Shown here one piece after another: positions 1 through 10,916 of a stretch of 64,000 nt of DNA (the stretch's first letter is position 1; the number at the start of each line of letters is the position of its first letter). Position numbers and translations under genes: made by a program. Origin of the DNA: Tubulanus polymorphus. Taxonomy: Eukaryota; Animalia; Nemertea. The stretch spans positions 46,712-110,711 of the forward strand of contig NW_027437448.1 of assembly GCF_964204645.1 (NCBI RefSeq), read 5' to 3'. The notes below the pieces were generated by a model. That model searched no databases. It saw nothing but the letters and a program-made list of their open reading frames with translations, and was not told the origin of the DNA.

Positions 1-63
1 TGTAATATCCATAAAACCCCTGTGTGATCACATTAATTGTATCGTTTTTCTTTAACATTCCAG

Positions 64-1910
64 TTGAATGCAGACACTCATCATATTGATCAATGTGCGC
101 AACAAATATCTGATAAGATTAAAGCTAGTAACAGGTAAGCCATACTATAAACTATAACTGTTATGGTTTGCAATTTCCACACGTTAATTCATACCAATAT
201 CTCATTCCTGAATATTTCAGCTCTGATCAGGGTGACAGCAACGCTCACAAGCAGGGCGTGGAAGGAATGATGACTCTTATTAAGACAGTGAAGTGAGTAG
301 TCATGATGAATGTACAGTCCACCCCGATATCCCGCCCTCCCCGCCTACTGCCAGGTTTTCTCCATGTACATCTCAAAACACCTCCGATATACCGCCATAC
401 TCTCTATAGTGTCATACTCTCTATACCGCCAAAATCGTTCTGCACTGATGTGGGCGCAGTATACCAGGGGTTGACATTAGTGGTAAAGCAAAATCATTTT
501 GATATTAGACACTGGTATCAAACTGCCTCAAGCTTTATTGTATTTAATCCGAATGGTCTAAGAGCAGTCAATGCTAAAGTATGAATCATTTTTACTTACA
601 GAGATGTTTCGCAGCTAGAAGATAAGCAATTAACTTATTTGGTTATGCAGAATGAGTGCTATTTGAGGAATATTTTCCAGGGAAAGGTAGTGTACTTAAA
701 ATAATCATATATACCAGTCATTAGCGATTAATTTTGTGTTCAGGTGTCGTACAAAACTATCTCTCTAAGGTATTATATTAGTCTTCCATGACTGATATGT
801 ATCACAGTATTCATTACTTGTAGTCAACAGTAATGCTCATTTAATATATATATACTTTTAGACTAAATGTCGACGCCATGAAGACTACAAGAATGGCGGA
901 AAGAGCAGGCGTAAGTTGAAAATTAAGTACAATAACCAGTAGCTAATACCCTGGTAACCAAGTGTTTATGTGCCTTGCTTACTGTATTTCAGGTAACTTG
1001 ACCTTGCAAGTACCAATCACTTTGTACAGTGATGCGCAATGTGATGTAATAATAAAGGGATTAATGGACATGTTTTGCCCAACTGATACGAAGGTTTGTA
1101 TATACCGGTAAAGCTTTAAGTAATTTACCCTAGTATATCAAGTATTGCGTATGTAACCCACTTAAGTGAGCCATTTCGGTGTAGACGAAATATTTTGGGT
1201 TGTTTTAAATATGCTTCAATGCTTGTCTCGCTATGTTCACCAGGGGTTGTTTAATAGTAGATGTTCTATCCTCCCCTGGCAGGGTTCGTACCCGATGGCA
1301 TTGGCACAAAACCCTGCCACATTAGACCGAGTGCGCAGCTACCAGGCAGCTTAGATGATGACATTATCATTATTAGCAAATCAGATATCCCGGGTTTTCC
1401 CATTCTTTGTTGTTCCGTGAAATTTACCTCCGCGATTCTACAGCAAGCAATCTGATTGGTGCCGTAAGTTTTCGCGTGGCAAAGCTGCACACCCGGTCAA
1501 GTGTGGCAGGGGTTTGTGCCGTGTGGCTGAGTGAAGCGATGCCATCGGGTTCGATTCCCTGCTGTGGGAGGATGTAGATGTACCTGCATATATTGTTATA
1601 TTTTGTATGTACTGCATTTTTAATGTCATTGATTCCTTAATTTGTTCACAGGGGGCATTGAATATTGAAATTGTCTGATTGCTAAGCATTTCAGCAAATG
1701 TGCATGTTGTCTCTTAACACTTTGTTAGCCCGACCTCACCAAACTTTTGAATTATATTTTCAGTACATGGATTATGTGTTTCGAGTTTTGTTGCCAGAAA
1801 CACTGATAAAGATCTATATGGAGGTCCATCAAACATCACATGTACTAGCAGAAGAACGCTTGGCCGATGCTCTTTTGGGAAGTGAAAGTGATGAAGACAC
1901 TGAAAGCTGA
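64..1910 (+). CDS. 3' portion of a spliced gene, possibly with a PWWP3A/MUM1-like C-terminal domain (5' end outside window)
   Basis: Phase-consistent GT-AG exons 64-134, 221-292, 602-686, 862-910, 993-1093, 1764-1910 give ...NECYLRNIFQGKTKCRRH...YMDYVFRVLLPETLIKIYMEVHQTSHVLAEERL..., resembling the recalled MUM1 C-terminus (HLRAIL...FILDVLLPEAIICAI...AEEKY). Exon structure is solid; family call is tentative. Confidence 0.55.
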
Positions 1911-4016
1911 TCAATTGCCATATCTATAGTCGTTATTACGAGGTTCCACTGTTACATGATTGAAGTGTATGTTCCATCCATGCTTTTCGTAATTGACTTT
2001 GTGTTTTACATAGAGCAAAATATTTTTCATATACGTGGCAATGTACGTTGTATATTATAATTCATTGATACTGAAACAAAGTAATTTTGTATTGGTATAT
2101 TAAGTATGTTGAACTGTTCTGACAATCACATATCACTGATGTTTTTCATATTCTTTTTTATTGTTTGGTGAAAACGAAAACATTCAAATAATGTATGTAG
2201 AGTAGGTATTGGGTTAAGAAAATTTTATCAACAAAACAAACGTCCGTTGTGTTTTGTCTTTTATAAGCTTCGAGAGAACTAAGTATCAGTGGATAGAAAG
2301 AGGTACATGTATATAATATTCCTGTGTATATATTTTTTAATGTCAACGCAGAGGGATGTAAAATTAGAATCTTGTAAAATTGACATGTTCATTTTAAAAG
2401 AGATTATACATATGGTTATTATATTAATTTGGTCCTTTAGATGTAATATGCATTTGTATGTTTACTGATATATTTTATATGATAATAGAGCATAATTCAA
2501 TCTTTTATCCTATTTTTATCAAATGTCAAAATGCTCAATAACATATTAAATCAGTTCATACTTATAACTACATATCTAGCTCTGTTTTCGAATAGATCTG
2601 AAGTTAACTAGTCTACATATCATATAACTCAATAAAAAGTCTAATTCATTTAGGCTTAGATGCATGAAATCAAAATATTTGATATGCGTAGTATGAAAAC
2701 TTGGGCCTAGTCAAATGTTTACACTAAATTTGGCTAAATGAAATAGATTAAAATACTTACCTGTAAATATCAGCGAATAGAAAGAGTAAGATATATAAAA
2801 TTAATGTGTATATGTATCGAGAGTTTTAAAATCTGAATAACTTTCTGAGTCACTGCGACTATATATCTACCCTTGGGCTAGCTGGTGTCAGATGGCCTAA
2901 TATTTAATTAAATACAAACTATTCGTGCAATCGATCGCTATTACTCGTCGATTACTGCACGCTATTACTACCTTGTTTGAGTGTATCGTCAAACCGCCAG
3001 ATTGTATAATATTGATAATTGATAAGTTTGTTTAATGATATGATAAATATCAATTGAGCAAGATGGTAGACACACAGGTGCTCACAGTAATTCACAGTTT
3101 TAATTCGACTGATTTTCCTGAAAATTGAGACAAAACAACGTGTTTGCCGATAAATAATCAAAGTAAATTAAAGTCTGCCTTTCCGTCTGCCATCTAAACT
3201 TCGCATCAATGAAAAACTGATATTATCAGATTGACACATGCATTTACACTAAAGAATATATGTGAAATTAAGTGTTGCTAAATATTTGTAATATGCTCAC
3301 ACTATACATGCTACGTTTCACAAGTACGATCGTCTTTCCAGTATGCATAGCAATTTAGTTATTTTTTGAATTACACTACTTATATTTTCTAGACATATCA
3401 TTTGTAGTGCATTTATGAATGACATAAATAAAGGTATTTTGTATTAATTAAGTTTGGTTTCAATTGTTTTTATGCCATTCTTTGTAACAAGGCTACGTAC
3501 GTTGCTGACGAGCAAAGAAGATTGCATACAGATCGTTGCAATTCCTAGATACGATTCCTGTCAATTAAGTTCTCTCTATGTTTGTTGTAAAAAATACGTT
3601 CTGGATCTGGAACTTGGCAATAAGCAAATGAAACATGGTGTATAGACTGCCAAAAGAACTATCGTTTCAAGAGCATCGCCATTATGAATAATCATCTAGA
3701 AATTCGAGGAAAAGCTGTGCGATTTGTTAGGGATAAGTGAATAACTTAAATTTCACAATTTTCAAAGATTGCCCTAGCTACGCTTATAGGGGTAGGAGAT
3801 AGAAAATATCTATGCACGTTGTATGTATATTCGAAAGAATACCCACAATGAGCTAGTTTTTTTGTAATTTATACATGAAATATCAAATTAACATATAACT
3901 GAATAGTGCATGGAGATTTGATACACTAGTTTGTTAGTTATTCGAATCAAATGTTTCGTTGAAAGCACTGGCTTAAAATTATGTTTTTGTTGTTATAATT
4001 TTGAATATGAATAAAC

Positions 4017-5650
4017 GGTTGTAGGTAAAAATCCCCTGGGTAAAAATCCCCCAGGTAAAAATCCCCCAGGTAAAAATCCCCTAGGTAAAAATCCCCAATT
4101 ATTCAAAGTAGGTAAAAGTCCCCCACCTTTTGAATGTAGTCCAAATTAGATACAATTTTAAGGTCAATTTATTCGTATTAATATATTCTATTTATTATTT
4201 ACCTTATAATTGCGTTACATAGAAATATCATGTATAGAAGTTATCGCATTTCAATGAAAAATACAAAATTAGAAGTTAATTAATTCACAAAATCGCATCA
4301 CATTAAAAATTACAAATTGGTTGTTCATTAATACTGTATCGCACAAAATATAAGTTAAAAAGAAAACAATCGCACAGTTCAAACATATTATGATTTTAAT
4401 TTTCAAAAAGCACTCTAAATTAAAAGTTTATTTATAACGCACAGCTTAAATAATATATCACAAGTTTAAAAAGGCTCATCAAATAGGTAAAAGATATTAC
4501 ATTTTGAAGTTTAAAAAGTATTACAAATTAGAAGTTATTAATTAATGTACAAAATCGCATCACATTGTAAATCACATCGCACAGTACTGCATCGCGCAAA
4601 ATATAAGTTAAAAAGAGGTCATCGCACAGTTCAGTTTTATTTTCAAAAAGTACTCCAAGTTAAAAGTTACTTTAGTTAACGTTTATCAATTCTAATTTCC
4701 AAGCGGAATGTTATGACCCACACCACGCAGGAAATCGGCCATATTCAAATGTCCATCATTGTATTGTCGACACAGTATTTGTAATCGTTCGTGTAACGGA
4801 CGATGGATGTTGCTAACCCGTCGTTGTGGAACTCCACCGATGGCGTTTTCCATTATCTTGGTGCTTGTGACACTCTGTTCCATTTGAATGGGACGGATGG
4901 CGCGCCATATAGAAGGGTGTTTTGTGCCCAATCAAATTGCGGAATCTGTTGTTCCATTCTTCTGAAACATTATTAGTTTTTGGGTCAGAGTTTAAAGTTG
5001 CTCGATTTACGTTCCATCTCTCGGGTGCAAATCTCGGAGCAATTCTCCGTATTATGTGTCGATTCTCTTCTCCGATTCTTCTTTCCCTATATGTTCCATT
5101 AACATATGTCGCATCGAAGTAGTTAATAAGAGGATCACAACCATCTGAGGCAACATCTCGTAGATGTTGCATTCCCGCCACAACATCCGCAGTGGGAAGA
5201 AATGCCAAACCATCAAGCCCACAGAATAACTTGAAATCGTCCTCATTCTGATACCTGAATACATAAGAGTAAATGAGTCAACAACAATTTGTACAAAATC
5301 ATTCAATTATTTTAAAAATTAAAAAAAGGTCATTTTCTTACCGATTTGCCATCCCGAGCTCTTGTATCTTGCGCCAGGTTGATTGTCTTAGGTGATAAAA
5401 ACAACCCTGAATCTGCAGTGCATCGCCGAAGACAGCTCTTAACGCGTGATGAACATCTCAAAGTCCACTATAACTGTATCGGGATCAATACCATCGACAT
5501 TTTCACTGATGGCATTGAACAAATCCTCGTATGTACCTTCTGACTTCCGCTGTAAGAATGTGTACACTAAAGGAACTGTTATATTGTCAACCAAAGGAGC
5601 ATGGATGACATACACCTGAGAAAAAAGTGGTGGTGCCATCGAAAAAGTTC
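4017..5650 (-). mobile_element. Truncated Mutator/MULE DNA transposon with one TIR (4017-4175, tandem GGTAAAAATCCCC subrepeats)
   Basis: TIR-type end next to a MULE transposase remnant; the same terminal sequence recurs at 5751, 6330-6434 (inverted) and 6650. Confidence 0.8.
4692..5650 (-). pseudogene. MULE transposase remnant (frameshifted, N-terminally truncated, one intron ~5255-5341)
   Basis: Fragments TFSMAPPLFSQVYVIHA...PLVY...VIVDFE, GCFYHLRQSTWRKIQ (CxxH), YFDATYVNG...WNV...TNNVSEEWNN spread over several frames. Confidence 0.85.
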
Positions 5651-5750
5651 ACAAAGGATATTGGTGAGGAATTAAAACTTGAAAGCAGCAAGCGGAAAAC
5701 AGTTCGATTTAAATTTGTCGTAATTCAAAGTAAGCATAGGCAAAGAGCTA

Positions 5751-6434
5751 ACGGTTGTAGTTAAAAGCCCCCTCTGTAAAAATCCTCTAGGTAAAAATCC
5801 CCAAATATTCAAAGTAGGTAAAATTCCCCACTTTTCAATGATGTTCAAGAACATTTCAAAGCAAAATGTTTCTGAAATTTTATTCATTTGCAATGAGATT
5901 GAAATATGTTTGAACTGCGCAATGAAATCTTTCGTTGGGGTGAATTAGTTAACTCTTAGAATAAGATAAATTGTTAGAATTAATAAGAATAATGAACTTA
6001 TTATTCTTTATATCGAAAAATTCGAACTGAAATGGTATATTTTTGAAATGTGAAATCGTGTTAACTTGTATTTCAGCTGTGCGATGCCATGAGTTAATAG
6101 AAATAATGAACGTTTAATTTGAAATACTTTAGATTCAAGCTAGTGCGATAAATTTTAAATGTGCGATGAACCCTTTCATTAACTGCTATAACTTAAAGTA
6201 CTAATTTGGTATTAATGAACTGTTAATTTGTTGTAAGTTTTAATGCAATTAGTGTATACTATAGTTTGTACGCTCGTGATATCCTATGGTTTTCCACGGT
6301 AAAATATAAATAAATTGGATATGTGTATCTGAATTAATTTACCTCAAATTGTATCACTTCATTCAAAAGGAGGGGGATTTTTACCTACTCTGAAGAATTG
6401 GGGATTTTTACCTAGGGGATTTTTACCGCTAACC
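5751..6434. mobile_element. Non-autonomous MULE-family MITE
   Basis: 5751-5835 is the approximate reverse complement of 6360-6434; AT-rich non-coding interior; same TIR family as 4017. Confidence 0.65.
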
Positions 6435-6852
6435 AGAGCTTACAAGCCATTATACATTGAACCTTATTAAATCTAGATGACCCCGTAATTCCTTCAATTA
6501 CGTACGTACACAATATGATCACGGAAAGCGTACCAGGTGATAACGAATAATTACTCGGCCACTATATATTGATATTACGAATCGATGTATTTAATTCGGT
6601 TATCTAAACTCAGTCTACAATTCTTTAAATCACTAGTTAATTAAAAGGGTTAGGGGTAAAAAAAATCACCTAGTTAAAGATCCCCTATAGGTAATGTCCC
6701 CTCGGTGAAAAACCCCAATTCTCCAAAGTAGGTAACCCCCTACATTTTGATTTGGAGTGCAAGTAGATACACATTTTAAGGTCAATTTATTCATATTATT
6801 CACGTACTTCTACGAATCTACGAGCAATTATCTGAAATTCAAACCATAGAAC

Positions 6853-7026
6853 CACAGGGGCTCGTATCAGAGTTGTAGATTATGTAAAAACGATAATCTG
6901 TTAATGCAATGTATATAGTATATATAAAATAACTTTATATATTATATTATTTTATATATACTATATACATTGGATTAACAGATTATCGTTTTTACATTAC
7001 CTACAACTCTGATACGAGCCCGTGTG
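6853..7026. repeat. Foldback inverted repeat, ~80-bp arms
   Basis: GGCTCGTATCAGAGTTGTAG...TATATAAAATAA pairs with TTATTTTATATA...CTACAACTCTGATACGAGCC with few mismatches. Confidence 0.9.
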
Positions 7027-9030
7027 CATAGCACAGGTGGATCCGTTTCATCTATGATTGTGCACTAAAAAGAACAAATTGCTGCTTCTAGAAATGTCTT
7101 CACATTGCTAAAGATCATAAAAACACCTTTTAGCAACAATTCTACTTGACCTCCCTACCATGTCGCCAGGATCGAGGTTCCCAGCGCCTAGTTTTGCCTG
7201 TGCACAATTCGAAAGAGCGCTTTGAAAAGGGTACTCCCAAAAACTTGGTGATCTTTCATTGTATTTCCAAGTGACCATTTCATTTGAATAACCAACACTC
7301 TCGTAAAACCATCAAAATTGTCAATTTGTTTATGTTCAATATGCTGCAAATGCAATATCTTTTTATTATCTCCAAAAACAACTTGTCATTTCTTCAAGTC
7401 GATCACGGAGTGGGGTTTATCACGATCTAGGCGCTTTTTTCAGATTAATTTAAAAGACGCATGAATCTTTTCTGCCATGTTTACAGTGATAACCCTTATG
7501 GCCTTATTCCCAGTGATCCTGACAAGTAAGTGTTGGTAAACGTTGCATTTTACGGTACTTGATGGGCCAGCCAAAGATTTCTTTGAACTTTTTGGTTGAG
7601 TAAATTCTCTACAATTTTTATCTTTTCGAAATTTCAAACCTGAACTCAGTTCACAAAAATTCCCCTGACGTCAATAATCATAATTAGATAAAAATTACAC
7701 AATATGTTTTTGACAAATATTTATTAATATATGTAATAAAAATGTGCATTTTTTATTAAAATTGTTAGATGGAAGATGGGAAGATTGTTAGATGGGAAAT
7801 TCAATGATTTTAAAGCAGGGCCACATTCAGGCATCGGCTACTGGCAGCTCTAGTACCTGCATTGATTAAAGTAGGTCTGTAAACGAATTAATACGGTATG
7901 GGAGAAAATGGCCTCTATATCCTGCAAGTCTGGTCTGGATTTTTCGCCGATGAGTCAACAGCCGATACTTCGTAGTTTGATTTTGATAAATTCCGTCGTA
8001 TAAAATTGTTATGTGAGATCAAATGTAATAAATATAGAATGTGTGAAGGGCTGGGATCACCTGCAATCTCCATTTCCTTAGAAACAAAATCCACATTGGA
8101 ATCAGATAGATAAAACGAAAATTTCCATACAAAGACTTTATTATTATTCAAGCTTTATTTTCATTTTTCAATCACATATTCAATCTATACATGCCACTTC
8201 TAAAAAAAAATAGAAATAAGGCAGTTGGATGATACATGCTGTATACTGCTATATACACATCTACCAGCTACATAACCTCATATTTTAACGTTAACCAGAT
8301 ACTAATTAAAAGTTCATCATTATCATACCAGTCCCCAAATTAATCAGCCATTATAAAGCATCAACCAAGATTACAGTTTGATAATCATTATGTTTATAAC
8401 TCCAGAGATGTACAAGGAAGTCAATCCAAAGTCAAATTTGGTTAAGTGCTCATAATGATAAGTCAAAGTGATGTTTGAAACATAAATACTCAAGTCACAA
8501 TCTGTATTTCTAATATGTATTTATAATCAAATCTGCCAAATGTAAGTGATCATCTGGATAAGTCGTCACTTTTATCACAATCCCCAAAGTGTCGAGTTAA
8601 CCGTGGTTAACTGTTTTAGTTGAATCAACACATCAAAAGGGAGTCCCACCCTACGGTCTTATAATCACTCGATACGGTTCAGATACAGTTCAGAAGAAGA
8701 GTTAACAGCGTGATAAGTCTTATTGGTTCCCACTCTGTTTCTCTGTTTGTAGTTTTCTGTCAGTATGCTGCAAGTAGATAAAAAAATGTATGTCAATTAT
8801 CAAAATTTTATGTGATTTTGTATAAATATGTAATAATGAATACTCACAACTGTTCACAGCATTTCTTCTTTATGCTCGCCAGTTCAGCCATGAATCATCA
8901 TAACCTGGTAACATATTATCTGCCAATCCATTTACTTATAACCCTAGGAGGCACTGGTGGTCGACTCAATACAAAAACAGCAATCTTCCCTGCTAATAAA
9001 AACGTGGACAATACATAAATGTCTATTATG

Positions 9031-9310
9031 ATGGGCGTCACCAGGATTTTTTTGGAGTTCATTTTTAGGAATAGAGGGGGTCTGGGTGTCCTCCCCAGAA
9101 AATTTTGTGCAAGCAGGCGTGTTCTGGTGCAATCTGAGGACGATAGGTAGACTGGTTCCCGTTTATAGGTAGACTGTTTCCCGTTTACTTTGTCTTTGCA
9201 TGTATTCATTTTATTTTGCTAATTTAGCAAATGCAAACCATGAGCCGACGTTTGAAAATTCAAAAAAGGGGGTTCGTTTTAACTACCGAATCCCCCTAGC
9301 GACGCCCATG
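9031..9310. mobile_element. Short non-autonomous TIR element
   Basis: Termini ATGGGCGTCACCAG / CTAGCGACGCCCAT; internal GGGGGTCTGGGTGTCCTCCCCAGAAAATTT. Confidence 0.55.
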
Positions 9311-9545
9311 ATTACTGATACACACACAGGCCCAGACTGTGGTATTAACTTTAACCCGGGGGCCAACTCAATTAAGAAAAAAATTAATGTGCATGATCAC
9401 CCAGATAGCATATTTCCCAATAACAGATGTACACACTCTCACGAGCAGTTTCCAGCAAAAAATAAATATCTCCTATCTGTCCAGCAAGTAAGTAAGAAAT
9501 GCTTGTGAAAACCAAGCAATGTGACATGTGACTATATAAGCATCC

Positions 9546-9776
9546 CAGGGGCAGATCCAGGCTGGGAAAATGGGGTGGGGGTTCACTTTATATGACAAGG
9601 GCATTTTATCGTTGTGAAAAGTGTCCAATCGCATTGAGTGGGGCAGGCGCGACACACCACTAAGCTGCAGACTTTTGTCATATGCTGAGATCATTTGTAG
9701 GGTGGAATCTTTTGTAGTGAGATTTTCAAAAGGGCTGGGCAGAAAAGGGGTTGAAACCCTGGATCTGAGCATCCCT
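9546..9776. mobile_element. Short non-autonomous TIR element
   Basis: Termini CAGGGGCAGATCCAGG / CCTGGATCTGAGCATCCCT are imperfect inverted repeats. Confidence 0.45.
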
Positions 9777-10067
9777 CAAAACAAGTTAGACAATCCCGTC
9801 CGAAAAACTCCCAGTAATTTACTCTACATACCATACCGGGGCAAGTTGGTAGGCTCCAAAAGTTACCAAAACCATTGGCATTGCCATTGGGCCAGTGTCT
9901 ATTTCTCAAAGACGTTGGACTGGTTCAACGTCCCTTTGGTTTTGGAGATGATATCGATGATTTTGAATGATAGGACCTAAACATGCAGTAAATTAGGACA
10001 TGCAAAAAATTTGCCAGTTTTGTTGAATAAGACAAGTGTCAAAGTGACGTGAAAAACATGACAGAGC

Positions 10068-10187
10068 AGATCTTTACACGGACTTGACACAAAACGATTT
10101 TGACCTCAGTATCCTAGGTACTGTCTTTTTATATATAGTACCTAGGATACTGGGGTCAAAATCCTTTTTTCAAGTCCCTGTGGATCT
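10068..10187. repeat. Imperfect hairpin / foldback element
   Basis: GATTTTGACCTCAGTATCCTAGGTACT pairs with AGTACCTAGGATACTGGGGTCAAAATC; pairing extends to GGACTTGA/TCAAGTCC. Confidence 0.85.
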
Positions 10188-10241
10188 TTTAGTTAAATGT
10201 TTAAATTCCGCAGCGGAACCAGGAAGTGACAGCGTAGCGCA

Positions 10242-10280
10242 GCGCACCTAGAGCGGCGCGCAGCGCCGCTCTAGGTGCGC
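10242..10280. promoter_or_regulatory. Perfect GC-rich 18-bp-arm palindrome in the putative SEPHS promoter
   Basis: GCGCACCTAGAGCGGCGC-gca-GCGCCGCTCTAGGTGCGC; CAGGAAGTG ETS-like site at ~10220; ~640 bp upstream of the ATG. Palindrome is certain, regulatory role inferred. Confidence 0.45.
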
Positions 10281-10916
10281 GGCCGCCGCCGTGAAGGTTG
10301 AAAATGACACCCTCTAGCGGTTCCTTGTTTGATGTGGTTCCTCGAATGCTACCCCGACACACGGCGTCTTTAATTTAATCAAAAATCGCGGGCATTTGCA
10401 TTAAAAAACACGTTATAGTAGAATTTACTTTTATGGTTACAATTTAGCTTTCTTGTATTTTCTTTTTAATTGTACGAGTTAAACAAATTGTTAAATTGAT
10501 CGGCCGATCCAGAAAATAAAACCAGTGAGAGTAACCGCGCGGATGAGCGGCACTAGGTTTGTCACGTTAATGCTTTTTCCGGACTCTTTCACTTTATCAT
10601 TCCATGGTCGCAAGAATTTGAAGAGCCCAGTACTACACCCTTTCGGGTGCATTTTGGTTTTAACTAATTAATTTTCGCGCCAATTCTGCCGTCAACGCAC
10701 GCTATTTACAAACTGCTCCCTCGCAGGGAGCCTCTCATAACAAATCAATCGCGCCTCATTGTAAATGAACGCGGACATCCGGGTATTTCACCAGCGACTA
10801 GACAAAGAGGGAGTTGGTGATAATTTTGAGCCCCGGAGGAGCCGCGCTCAAAACATTGAATTTATTCTGTAAATACGAATCGACAGCGAAATTGATCGAT
10901 TTACAGAGATTCAGCG

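Noticed and set aside
7100-8910. Exon-like pieces and short ORFs on the minus strand
   Set aside because: No continuous frame or recognisable protein; may be a lncRNA or decayed gene but unsupported.
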